Origin: a virus
IMG/VR virus record: IMGVR_UViG_3300023096_000003
Length of the DNA stretch: 44,102 nucleotides
Direction: 5' to 3' (one strand)
Shown: one piece after another, positions 32,757-41,562 of the stretch
Layout: each line of letters starts with the position of its first letter
Numbering within the stretch: position 1 is the stretch's first letter
Notes under the pieces: model-generated
What the model was told of the DNA's origin: nothing
What the model saw: the letters and a program-made list of their open reading frames with translations, nothing else
Databases searched by the model: none
Made by a program: the position numbers and the translations under genes

Positions 32757-35224
32757 TATTCAGCCCCTTCCCGCTCTGCCTGACGCTCGGCCAAGCTCAA
32801 TTGACGATCGGCCTGCGTTTCGGTGAATTCCTGCTGACGAGAACCATGATGCTCACTGAAGGACTGCTTGCGCTCGTTCATTTCAGCGTTGCGCTCACCT
32901 TCAACGGCCTGCTGCTGGATGCCCTCAGCGGCCATAGCCTGGTCAACCTGCTTGGCTTCCGCATTGCTGGCGGCTGTGTATTCGGAAAGCTCCTGCTTGC
33001 GCTGATCGAGGCCAATGGAGGCGAGGATCTTGGCTGTGTCGGCCGTGAGCTTGTTGATCTGTGCTTCGGTGAGCTTGGCGGTGTTCGCCGCCTTCTCCTG
33101 CATGTCGGCCAGCTGCAATTGAAGCTTGGCTTGCGCCTCCTGGGCCTTGGTCTGATCAGCTGCCGCCTTCTGCTGTAGCTCAGCCATCTTGCGCTGGTTC
33201 TCAGCCTGATCGAGCTGGGCCTTAGCCTGGACGCTTGCAACAGCTGCCTGCGCCTTGGTCATCTCTGCCTCAGCCAGCTTATTGTTGGCGTCGGCCATAG
33301 CCTTTTCAGCCTCACCACCGCCTGCACTCTGGCCAGCCATCTGAGCGGCCATTTGTGGTGCTGCATCAACGAAGTCGTCAATGAGGCCATTCAGTTCCCG
33401 GCCAACACGATAGGGCGCCGTGACAAACTTCAGGAACCCGCCAGCCAGAGCAGCGCCAGCTTCACCAGCTGCAGCCAAGCCCATGAGCGCCTGTGTTGAC
33501 GTTGACACCACGCCGAGGAATTCATTGCGGGCTGACTTCTCCTGCATCTCATCAGTCATGATGGTGCTGTCTGTGGCAATCTCGAATGCAAAGCCGCGTG
33601 TTCTGTCATCCCGTAGGAGTTCAATAACGTCCTCGATCGGGACGGTCTCCTCAGCCTGCTTGAGAGGGCCGGCATACTTCTGGATGATCTGCTGTTGTGC
33701 CTGCTGGAACTGCTGGGAAGCTTGCTCAATCTGCTGAGGATCAATTGGTTGACCCTGCTGCTCGGCTTGCTGTCTGGCCTTCTCAGCCTCTTTCTTGGCA
33801 TTATCGCCTAGAGCCTTCAGTTCTTCCTTAGCGCCGTCCTCGATTTCCTTGATATTCTTGGCAATCTCAGCCTTTGTCGGGATCTGCAGCTGCGACATAT
33901 CCAGCAGGGTTTTCTGGCTGAATTTCTCCGAAGCTATCTCGGCAACGATGCGGGCAACGTCACGGGCAACGCGCTGCAGTTCGTCAATCTTATCCCGAAC
34001 GCGCACCGAACCGTATTGGCTCTTGAGCTGTTGAGCTCCTAGCGTCTCCTCAGCCTCAGTAGCGCCGCGCATAATGTCGGAAATGCCCGAGAGCTGATAG
34101 AAGTCCTCGATCAGCTGGCCACGTGCATCAATCAGCCCCTGAATAGCGGTGGCAATGTCTGCCAATGGCATCCACGTGACAAACCCAGCCGCAGCGTTCT
34201 GCATCAGCGAAGCGCCAGGCACTGGAATGATTATCTCGTCGTCATCAGACTTCAGCGCCTGCTGGATAGCGTCGCCAATGTCACCACCGGCCGGCACAAG
34301 GCCTTTCAGCTTGATCTTGTCGAGCAACAGATAGATGCGGCCGGTGAGCGTGGTAATCTTGCTCAGGTGCGCGGCATAACGGACGTAATCCGGAACGGGA
34401 ACAAGCGAGCGCCGGCGCAACGTGCCATATGCCGGACGTGGGCAAGGGAAGAAATCCTTGAGCGTCAGGTGCGGCTTGCCCTCATCCAGCATCTTATCAA
34501 CGCCATTCGCGACCCAATAGACCTTCTTGTCAGCCTTGTGCCAGACCTCCCAAACCCCAGCCTTCTTGCTGTCGTCGGCGCCGCCATTGTCCTTGTCGTC
34601 ACGGCGTACCTCGAACATGGCGCGCTGATATGCGTCGCCGCTGCTCTTCTTGAAACGCTTGCGCATCTCCTTCTTGGTGAGCCAAGCACGACGAGCAACC
34701 CAACCCACATCAGCCCATGATCTAGCGGGCTCATGAAGGAAGTCAGTGCGGTCTACATGATCAACACAAGCGCGCTGCTGGCCTTCGTCGCTCTCATACG
34801 TGACCCACTGTACACCACGGTTGGTGAATGCCAGGTCATCGCGCAGGGAGAGCATGGACTGATCAATGTTGGTGCGATCAAAGGCCGATGTCACAACGCG
34901 CTCAATCAGCTCTGCCGTAGTGTTGTAGAGCGGCCGGCGGTCGGCAAACATCGGAGCAACAGCCGGGACAGGCACATGGGCATAGATAGCAGGCTTGAGG
35001 ATTTCCATGCTGGCCCAGAACAGGTCATAGTCCGGATCTAGCCAGTCGGTGTCGTAGTTGTTGTCACGGCTGTAGACATCATCAATGCGGCGGCATGTGT
35101 CCTGATAGTCGCGGAATGTATCCGTTGCCTTCTTGATAGCGGTCAGGACGCGGGACGAGGACTTAGCCTCTCCACTCTCATCTACCAGCGTATCGCTGAC
35201 TTCTGTTTCGATCTCATCAGCCAT
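32756..35224 (-). CDS. Portal protein with a long C-terminal coiled-coil extension
   Basis: 822 aa, immediately downstream of terL. The C-terminal roughly 250 aa are A/Q/E/K-rich heptad-like sequence. Confidence 0.75.
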   Translation of the reverse strand: MADEIETEVSDTLVDESGEAKSSSRVLTAIKKATDTFRDYQDTCRRIDDVYSRDNNYDTDWLDPDYDLFWASMEILKPAIYAHVPVPAVAPMFADRRPLYNTTAELIERVVTSAFDRTNIDQSMLSLRDDLAFTNRGVQWVTYESDEGQQRACVDHVDRTDFLHEPARSWADVGWVARRAWLTKKEMRKRFKKSSGDAYQRAMFEVRRDDKDNGGADDSKKAGVWEVWHKADKKVYWVANGVDKMLDEGKPHLTLKDFFPCPRPAYGTLRRRSLVPVPDYVRYAAHLSKITTLTGRIYLLLDKIKLKGLVPAGGDIGDAIQQALKSDDDEIIIPVPGASLMQNAAAGFVTWMPLADIATAIQGLIDARGQLIEDFYQLSGISDIMRGATEAEETLGAQQLKSQYGSVRVRDKIDELQRVARDVARIVAEIASEKFSQKTLLDMSQLQIPTKAEIAKNIKEIEDGAKEELKALGDNAKKEAEKARQQAEQQGQPIDPQQIEQASQQFQQAQQQIIQKYAGPLKQAEETVPIEDVIELLRDDRTRGFAFEIATDSTIMTDEMQEKSARNEFLGVVSTSTQALMGLAAAGEAGAALAGGFLKFVTAPYRVGRELNGLIDDFVDAAPQMAAQMAGQSAGGGEAEKAMADANNKLAEAEMTKAQAAVASVQAKAQLDQAENQRKMAELQQKAAADQTKAQEAQAKLQLQLADMQEKAANTAKLTEAQINKLTADTAKILASIGLDQRKQELSEYTAASNAEAKQVDQAMAAEGIQQQAVEGERNAEMNERKQSFSEHHGSRQQEFTETQADRQLSLAERQAEREGAE

Positions 35225-35230
35225 GCGGCT

Positions 35231-36694
35231 CTATCTCCTGCGCACGTTGGGGAGCGGTGGCGCTAGTGCGTATCCGTCTTCAACGGCATAGATGGGTTTG
35301 GCTGCGTCTGGCTTTGGCTTGCTGCCGTTGCTCATCCGGTCGATAAGCTGGCCGACGAGACCAAGCATATCTACCTGGTCATCGTGCACCCCAACGGGGA
35401 AGCTCATCATCTCGCTTATCAGGTCACTGACGAAAGGAGCGTCTTTCAGCATCCGAAGGCCGCGTGTTGCTATCAAGCCTCTGATCGACTGTGCCCGAAC
35501 TGACTTATCGCCACGTGTCGGGAACTGCTCCCGAGCAACATAAGCCTGCCGGGACATCATCCGCTTAACGAGGAATGGCCCGACGCCAGCCTTGATCTGT
35601 CCTGTCTCTTCAGCCCATCCAACAGGCTTATGCTTCAGCACCAGGTCGCAAAAGGCATCAACCCACATATCCGAGGATGTCTGCTGGCGCCAAAGATCGA
35701 GCAGCCAAGGGTTTCCCTCTGGATCCAGACCAATGACACCATGAACTGTGTAGTCACCGCCATTCGCCGTCACAGCGTAGTCAGACGCGCCATAGACGAG
35801 CATCTGATCACGTGGCGGTAGATGATCTACGAGGTGTATCCACTCGCGCTTGAAGTAATCGCCCGTCTCAGGGCTTGGTGACTGCTGGTAGAGCGCTGAC
35901 CAATCGCGAGGAGGAAGCGCCCGCTTGATCTGCTCCAATGATGCAATGTCGTACTGCTCAGGCCAGAGCGCTTTGCCAGCGTCATCAATGGCCGGGAGGT
36001 TGAGAACCACCCATCCCTCGTGATCGTGTTCGGCCTGCAGCCAGCCTGCCAGATCGTCCTCATGCCAGCGGGTTTGAATGATGACGATGCGCCCACCAGG
36101 CATAAGCCGTGTGTAGGCCGTCGATGTGTACCAATCCTTGGTCTTCTTGCGGATTACTTCGGACTCCGCGTCCTCGCGGTTCTTGACCGGATCATCAATA
36201 AGCAAAAGATGAGCGCCACGACCGGTGAGAGGACCGCCGACGCCAACCGCATAGAAAGCGCCACGCTGCGATGTCGAATGCTCATAGCCGCCTGTCTGCC
36301 CCTCGATATGGAAGCGTTTGGCACTCTTGCTGTCGTCAGCCAATCCTACGCCGGGGAATATGGCCTTGAAGCTGTCATCCTCGATCTGGTTCTTGACCTT
36401 GCGTCCGAAGTCGTCAGCAAGTTCCTGCGCATATGTGGCTGTGACCACGTAATGGTCTGGATTGCGCCCGAGATACCAAGCCGGGAAGAACTCGCTGGCT
36501 AGCATGCTCTTGCCGTGCCGTGGCGGCATCGTGATCATGAGGCGCTTGATATCGCCGCGCTCTACTGCCTCAAGATGGCGGGCAATCAGTCTATGGTGTG
36601 CGGCGTCCCTGTATCCCGGCCATTGGTATGCTGAATATGAGATGAGACGCGAGAACGCAAAGTCCTCAGCTGTCGGCGCGTGCTGCGGCTGCAA
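35231..36694 (-). CDS. terL: Terminase large subunit
   Basis: Walker A MPPRHGKS, Walker B HLLLIDDP, nuclease-domain-like C-terminal half. There is no ATG or GTG near the 5' end. Candidate TTG starts are at 36694 (GAGAGA 8 nt upstream) or 36772 (ORF track). Confidence 0.85.
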   Translation of the reverse strand: MQPQHAPTAEDFAFSRLISYSAYQWPGYRDAAHHRLIARHLEAVERGDIKRLMITMPPRHGKSMLASEFFPAWYLGRNPDHYVVTATYAQELADDFGRKVKNQIEDDSFKAIFPGVGLADDSKSAKRFHIEGQTGGYEHSTSQRGAFYAVGVGGPLTGRGAHLLLIDDPVKNREDAESEVIRKKTKDWYTSTAYTRLMPGGRIVIIQTRWHEDDLAGWLQAEHDHEGWVVLNLPAIDDAGKALWPEQYDIASLEQIKRALPPRDWSALYQQSPSPETGDYFKREWIHLVDHLPPRDQMLVYGASDYAVTANGGDYTVHGVIGLDPEGNPWLLDLWRQQTSSDMWVDAFCDLVLKHKPVGWAEETGQIKAGVGPFLVKRMMSRQAYVAREQFPTRGDKSVRAQSIRGLIATRGLRMLKDAPFVSDLISEMMSFPVGVHDDQVDMLGLVGQLIDRMSNGSKPKPDAAKPIYAVEDGYALAPPLPNVRRR

Positions 36695-36944
36695 CGGCTG
36701 CGTCTCTCTGTTCCTTGGTGGTGATGGATAGCTGCAAATCGCCTGTGATCTGCATCGGAAGAACCTTGCCAAGCAAACTCATGAACGGGCCCGGGTTCTC
36801 GCTCGCCTGCTGCGTTAGATATCCAACCAGACCTTCATTGCCGCCCGCTTCAGTCGCAGCCTGCAGGATCGCGTCCTTTAGGAGCGCAGTCGTTTTGTTC
36901 GGCGTGCCCTTCGTTCTGCCGCCTGTCTTGATGCCGGGGGCCAT
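36666..36944 (-). CDS. terS: Putative terminase small subunit
   Basis: 92 aa. N-terminus MAPGIKTGGRTKGTPNKTT. Immediately upstream of, and overlapping, terL. Confidence 0.45.
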   Translation of the reverse strand: MAPGIKTGGRTKGTPNKTTALLKDAILQAATEAGGNEGLVGYLTQQASENPGPFMSLLGKVLPMQITGDLQLSITTKEQRDAAVAAAARADS

Positions 36945-36962
36945 AATCTAATCCGTCCTACT

Positions 36963-37115
36963 TTAGATCTTACCGAGCAAGAGGAGGATGAGCAGCACAA
37001 CGACTACCAGCCCAATGCCGCCCGATGGTGCCCAGCCTGTCGTGTATCCGAAGTTTGGAAGTGCACCGACGAGGAGCAGGACGAGAATGATCAACAGGAC
37101 GGTTGCTACTGACAT
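36963..37115 (-). CDS. DUF3309-like 50-aa membrane micro-protein
   Basis: MSVATVLLIILVLLLVGALPNFGYTTGWAPSGGIGLVVVVLLILLLLGKI matches the DUF3309 pattern (two TM segments flanking a G..P.GG turn). Below the ORF-track cut-off. Confidence 0.6.
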   Translation of the reverse strand: MSVATVLLIILVLLLVGALPNFGYTTGWAPSGGIGLVVVVLLILLLLGKI

Positions 37116-37135
37116 GCTCTGTCCTCACGCAAAAA

Positions 37136-37155
37136 GGCCCCGGAAGGGCTGTTTC
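37136..37155. terminator. Weak A/T-flanked hairpin (possible bidirectional terminator)
   Basis: AAAAA GGCCC CGGAA GGGCT GTTTC. The G-C stem is only 4-5 bp. Confidence 0.2.
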
Positions 37156-37463
37156 AATCTATTGGTGCTGTATTGCGGGGGCAAAAGGCCATTTCAGGCC
37201 AGAACGACAAGGTTATTTCAACCTGCGGTAATTGATCCGTGGCATTCACCCGATGGGTTTCGAGGCCATTAGGGTGTTTGTTTGGTTTAAGGCCCGACCA
37301 CGGTAGGCCACCTGTGATCAAATCAGGTTCAAACGTTAATCCTACACCAGGAATGATGGCTCAGGAAGGGACCGGGACAGCAAGCTGCGTCTGTTTCCCC
37401 GTCTCGCTTTCGCGCCTTCCTGATCTCTTGGCCTTTCGGCTATACTCTATGGCTTTGGAATGG

Positions 37464-37631
37464 CTAAAGTCTGCCTAGCTCGTAGGGACGGTAACCCTGC
37501 TTGTGCCACTCGTTCATAAGCATCTGGTTATGGAATGCTGCCGCTGCCGGACTGAGCCGGCGCCGTTTAACCGGCGCGATGGCAAACCACACGATACCGA
37601 ACATCAAGAGAGACCCGAAAATCGCTTCCAT
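37464..37631 (-). CDS. Small membrane-anchored protein (last early gene)
   Basis: Internal ATG at 37631 (MEAIFGSLLMFGIVWFAIAPVKRRR...), GAGAGA SD. The longer ORF-track version overlaps the upstream gene. Confidence 0.45.
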   Translation of the reverse strand: MEAIFGSLLMFGIVWFAIAPVKRRRLSPAAAAFHNQMLMNEWHKQGYRPYELGRL

Positions 37632-37695
37632 TATATTCTCTCTGAGGGGGTAAAACCGACGCAGTTCGGATTGTGTAATTAACATACTCAGGTGA

Positions 37696-38280
37696 TTATG
37701 CTTTGGCAAGCCCACCATGGTCATGAAGCGCCTGCAATCCCCTGCGAAGCCACACCTTTTGCTGACCCTGCAGTTTTCGCATATGGTCATGATCCATAAC
37801 GGCTATGTTATATGTCATGGCTCGCACCTGTGGCCCGTCCTCGCATCGAAGCAATAGGCCCGTTAGCTCCATCATCTTGTTGCTGGCCTGTCGAGCACGA
37901 TTGGCCTTGTCTGCCGATATATCACCCTCATGGCCATGGATCGTAAAGAGCGTCTGAGCCCTAGCGCTTGGGAATGGGATACCCGTCAAGCGGTGGTATC
38001 GAGCAATCGCCTCAGCGTAGGCGTCTCCTGCCGCTAACTGCTCATCCGTGATATGCCCATCCAGGCGAATACGGCCGAGCGTGTAGCCTGCCAGTGGGCT
38101 TTCGTTCATGTTTGCTCCATGCAGGCGTTGGCGGGCCTCTACGACTACCGATCGAGCTTCCTTCTCGGTCCATGATGGTTTGATCTGGCCAGACGGAAAC
38201 CTTTCCGCTCCCTCCTTTGGCGGTCTGCCTGCAGAGGAACGGCGCTTGGGGGTGCGGATCTTCAAGAGCTTACTGGCCAT
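37696..38280 (-). CDS. Hypothetical basic protein
   Basis: ATG at 38280 (MASKLLKIRTPKRRSS...), 194 aa. Confidence 0.5.
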   Translation of the reverse strand: MASKLLKIRTPKRRSSAGRPPKEGAERFPSGQIKPSWTEKEARSVVVEARQRLHGANMNESPLAGYTLGRIRLDGHITDEQLAAGDAYAEAIARYHRLTGIPFPSARAQTLFTIHGHEGDISADKANRARQASNKMMELTGLLLRCEDGPQVRAMTYNIAVMDHDHMRKLQGQQKVWLRRGLQALHDHGGLAKA

Positions 38281-38851
38281 GTTTTGTCCCTTTTTGGTAT
38301 GGTTCGCGATCAGTTCCAGTGAAGCCAAGGACGCGCTCCGCAGCTTTGCGGGCAATCTCAGCGTGCTGTTTCTCTTTGAAGGCGCCGAGGTAGACATGGC
38401 GCGGGCCATTCCAGATGCGGGCTACCCAGCTTCCCGCATATCCGTCATTGCGCGGCTTCCAATTGACGCCATGAACGCCAGACGTATTGTTGATGCGCTT
38501 GCTGCCGTTACGCTGGTTTTCGCTCTTAGTGACCTTGCGCAAATTGACGAACCGATTGTCAGCTCTGTTGCCGTTGATGTGGTCAATCTCAAAATCGGGA
38601 TAAACTACGTTCTCCCCGGTCATTATCAGCCAAGCCACCCTATGGGCTGAATAGTATTTCTTATCGATGATGATCTTGGCGTACCCATCAGCATTCGACC
38701 CTCCGGCTACCTTCCCAACGCGCTGAAGATGAATTGTGTAGAGTTCCTGCCTATCAAAATCCGACCGGGGCCGTTCCTTGAAAAAGAATGTGCCACTTTC
38801 AGGGGCATAGTTGTAATAAGCCATAGCTCGTGCTTGAGTTAACTCAGCCAT
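38270..38851 (-). mobile_element. Free-standing HNH-AP2 homing endonuclease gene
   Basis: EIDHINGNRADNRFVNLRKVTKSENQRN (HNH), then SGVHGVNWKPRNDGYAGSWVARIW...VYLGAFKEKQHAEIA (AP2-type DNA-binding domain). GAAGGA SD and an AT-rich upstream leader. Confidence 0.8.
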
Positions 38852-38970
38852 TGTCGATCCTTCCACGATCGGTTTGGTTAGAGCCAGATAAGGGTTGCCG
38901 CCCGCTTCTGGCTCGTTGATTCTACAATGATTTGAATAGCTTTTCACAATATACATCGAGTTAGTAACAG

Positions 38971-39573
38971 CTATCTTGCAGCTAAATGGTAAGAAGCTGT
39001 CCGATCCTTTTTCCTCTTGTGCTTGGCGATACTAATCACATCACCCTCAAGTTCTGCTTTGAGCTTGTTGTTGGCGTGAACGGCCACCGAATGGTCCTTG
39101 TTCACAAACCGGCCAATCTCTGGGAACGAGCGCCAAGGCTGCTCTTTCTTGATAGAATACATAATAAGGTGGCGCGGGATGACTGCGGCCCTATCGCGTC
39201 GGCTACCCTTGATGATGTCCATTGTGATCCCTGGAAACTTGCGCAGGATCTCCGCCGCAATCTCTTTCATAGACCGTCGCTGCTCGGGGATTTCCTCAGT
39301 CTGAAACACGATCTCCGAATGATATGGGCAGTACTCGTCCACCGGATTGATGGTAAATGATGTGGCCATGCTGAAGGTCGCACGAAGATTTGCCTGATAT
39401 GCCCGGTACAGAACCATGTGGTAGGACACATCGACTGGCTTGCGGCTGGCAGCTATCTGCACCACTGGCGCCAGCCGTGGTGGCACTCGCGCAGGCTTTC
39501 CCATCAGGCGGGCGCGTGTTGCTGCTGCCGATCGTCTTTGCTCTGCTTCGGAAATGTGGGTATGGATGTTCAT
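38971..39573 (-). CDS. Protein with a DnaA domain IV-like (Bac_DnaA_C) DNA-binding domain
   Basis: IKGSRRDRAAVIPRHLIMYSIKKEQPWRSFPEIGRFVNKDHSVAVHANNKLKAEL parallels the DnaA C-terminal pattern (R.R..a.pRq.aMyl....t..S...IG..fg.rDHtTV.ha..k). ATGA-coupled start at 39573. Confidence 0.65.
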   Translation of the reverse strand: MNIHTHISEAEQRRSAAATRARLMGKPARVPPRLAPVVQIAASRKPVDVSYHMVLYRAYQANLRATFSMATSFTINPVDEYCPYHSEIVFQTEEIPEQRRSMKEIAAEILRKFPGITMDIIKGSRRDRAAVIPRHLIMYSIKKEQPWRSFPEIGRFVNKDHSVAVHANNKLKAELEGDVISIAKHKRKKDRTASYHLAAR

Positions 39574-39821
39574 GGCGTTGGCTCCTGCCCGACTGAAAGC
39601 ATCACTGGCGGATGTCCAGTCCCGATGATGCATAGAATGATGGGAGCGCCCGCATTGATAGCGTCGATTTCCTTTGGAGTGGGAAACCACGCTGTCTCCA
39701 TGGCTGGCGTTTCTGGCCCTGTCACAGTGCTGTCAAGCACGACATCCCGGAGAGGTAGGCCGAAATATCCTTGTGATTTGCCTATGACTCGTGTCATACC
39801 TTCGATCATTCCCACTTGCAT
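39570..39821 (-). CDS. Hypothetical protein
   Basis: 83 aa, TGATG coupling. Confidence 0.5.
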   Translation of the reverse strand: MQVGMIEGMTRVIGKSQGYFGLPLRDVVLDSTVTGPETPAMETAWFPTPKEIDAINAGAPIILCIIGTGHPPVMLSVGQEPTP

Positions 39822-40054
39822 CACGCTCTCCCACTCTGTTCCGGCTGGCCTTCAAAACGGCCGGTGACCTCTTTCAGGGCGGCAATCATGTCCTTGCGCT
39901 CGCAGTTAGAAACGTAGTTTGTACGCGAACCCGTTTCTCCCTCGGCGTTAAACACTAGCAGGACAAAACCGTAGTCCATCCGCTCAGCATCTGCGTTCAG
40001 CACTGTGTCGAGTATATTGGCAAGCGATTGCATGGCTTTCTTCGAGTCAGTCAT
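39821..40054 (-). CDS. Hypothetical protein
   Basis: 77 aa. Confidence 0.5.
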   Translation of the reverse strand: MTDSKKAMQSLANILDTVLNADAERMDYGFVLLVFNAEGETGSRTNYVSNCERKDMIAALKEVTGRFEGQPEQSGRA

Positions 40055-40100
40055 TATCCTGCGCTCCTCGTCCTGTTAGGCTTAGGGCCGTAGACCTCGT

Positions 40101-40499
40101 TCATGCTCTCAGAACTCCCTGCTGGCGAAGTCGGGACACCATCTCACGGCGGCGTCTCATCTCGTCTTCGCTGACGACTGAAGGAATGGGCTCTGGAGGG
40201 GTGTTGCCGTAGTTGGCCGATGTGCGCTGCGTTGGGTTATGCTGATCCGTGAACCGGCTTTCCTTCTTCACCCACTCGCATCGAAAATCCGTCCATCCTT
40301 TGGAGACGTGGATTTCTGCTGCCTGCTCGGGGTTTCCGTATTCCCGGTATTGCTCGATCAGGCGCTTGGCGATGCGCGGGGTGAATACTAGCTTGCGCTT
40401 CTGCCTGGCTTTGATGATGGTTTCGGCCAGATCCTCGGGGATCACCTCGCAAAGGATCGTAAAGCCGGCCTTTTCGTCTGCATCCATTCTGATCGTCAT
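40101..40499 (-). CDS. Hypothetical protein
   Basis: ATG at 40499 in an ATGA overlap (MTIRMDADEKAGF...). Confidence 0.5.
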   Translation of the reverse strand: MTIRMDADEKAGFTILCEVIPEDLAETIIKARQKRKLVFTPRIAKRLIEQYREYGNPEQAAEIHVSKGWTDFRCEWVKKESRFTDQHNPTQRTSANYGNTPPEPIPSVVSEDEMRRRREMVSRLRQQGVLRA

Positions 40500-40786
40500 T
40501 GTGCTGCTCCGCTTGAAACTGCCACTGCCCAATCCTGGGCGTCCTGTGCGCTGTGGAGCGTCACGACCTTCGCGCCGCGCCATGCGTCATTGAAATCACG
40601 CTGATTATCGTTCAGTGTCTTGCCGTAGCCCTTGGTGCCGCTCTTGCATTCCACCAGGAAGTTCTTGCCGCGATGACCTACCAGCAAATCCACCGGCTGA
40701 TTGAGCTGGTAGACGCTGAAACCACAACCAACGAGCATGTTGATGATCTCGCGCTCTGCCGTATCTCTCTTCGCAGCCCGTCTCAT
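40496..40786 (-). CDS. VRR-NUC-like PD-(D/E)XK nuclease
   Basis: 96 aa. ...PVDLLVGHRGKNFLVECKSGTKGYGKTLNDNQRDF...GAKVVTLHSAQDA fits the VRR-NUC D...ExK core. ATGA-coupled start at 40786. Confidence 0.55.
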   Translation of the reverse strand: MRRAAKRDTAEREIINMLVGCGFSVYQLNQPVDLLVGHRGKNFLVECKSGTKGYGKTLNDNQRDFNDAWRGAKVVTLHSAQDAQDWAVAVSSGAAQ

Positions 40787-40929
40787 TCGCCAGCCGCCTG
40801 ATGGATTTCCGCGATAATCTTCTGCATTTCGGCGCGAAGGCTTTCCTTCGACTGCGGTGTGTAGTGTCGAAGGGATGACCCGGCGCAACGGAGGATGCGT
40901 TCTAGATACATGTCGAGTTTGTCTGTCAC
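40783..40929 (-). CDS. Hypothetical small protein
   Basis: GTG at 40929 with AAGGGAAG 5-6 nt upstream. The ORF-track start (TTG at 40989) would overlap the upstream gene. Start is uncertain. Confidence 0.4.
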   Translation of the reverse strand: MTDKLDMYLERILRCAGSSLRHYTPQSKESLRAEMQKIIAEIHQAAGE

Positions 40930-40952
40930 TGTTGCTTCCCTTATGCGGTTGG

Positions 40953-41261
40953 CTAGAGAGGGCTTGGGAGCGGCATTGCAGGTCGCCAATGCGAGAGAAA
41001 CTTGTCGTCAAAATCGCAGGACCAGAATGCTTCTCCATCATCCTCAATCCACCATTCATTGAGGCAAACGACGCCTGAGGTTGTGCAGAGATCAATGATG
41101 GTCCCGTCTTTCGGAGCTGTGTCGATCGACTGCCATTGATATTTATTGCGCTCAGCCAAAAGTGCTCTGGCCATTGGCATCCACTCATCTTCACCCGCCT
41201 TGGGGTAGGTCATGTATGCGCGCTTCGCGGCTCTAAGGATGTCTTCTGGAATTTTGCTCAT
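40953..41261 (-). CDS. DUF551-like small phage protein
   Basis: WQSIDTAPKDGTIIDL... motif. ATGA-coupled ATG at 41261. Confidence 0.45.
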   Translation of the reverse strand: MSKIPEDILRAAKRAYMTYPKAGEDEWMPMARALLAERNKYQWQSIDTAPKDGTIIDLCTTSGVVCLNEWWIEDDGEAFWSCDFDDKFLSHWRPAMPLPSPL

Positions 41262-41536
41262 TCCCATTCCCTCGCGCTTCTAAGGTGCTGAACATGGCTT
41301 TCGAAATCAGCCTGAGCGCCTCGCATATACTCGTCATCGTTCATGTATGACGGAGAAGCGGGCCGAACCTCTGCACACTTCGCATACGTTGCACCGAGGT
41401 CTTCACCCAAACGGTCTATGGCTTGGATAAGATGAAGACGATGATCATCGACATTCCTGCCGGTCAGCTCATCAGCGAGACAGCGGATAAGAAAAAGCCT
41501 CGCGTTAATTTCTGGTGCGGCTGACATTGCGGTCAC
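41258..41536 (-). CDS. Hypothetical protein
   Basis: 92 aa. Confidence 0.5.
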   Translation of the reverse strand: MTAMSAAPEINARLFLIRCLADELTGRNVDDHRLHLIQAIDRLGEDLGATYAKCAEVRPASPSYMNDDEYMRGAQADFESHVQHLRSAREWE

Positions 41537-41562
41537 GGTTCTGCTTTCCCTTCTGGGGTGGG

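Noticed and set aside
36988-37478. Plus-strand ORFs 36988..37272 and 37239..37478 in the early/late spacer
   Set aside because: The first is the antisense shadow of the DUF3309 micro-gene. The second has no SD and runs into the end of a minus-strand gene. Neither shows protein-like composition.
40496-41194. 232-aa minus-strand ORF
   Set aside because: Only the last 96 codons (from the ATG at 40786, ATGA-coupled) form the VRR-NUC-like gene. The upstream extension overlaps two other supported genes in different frames.
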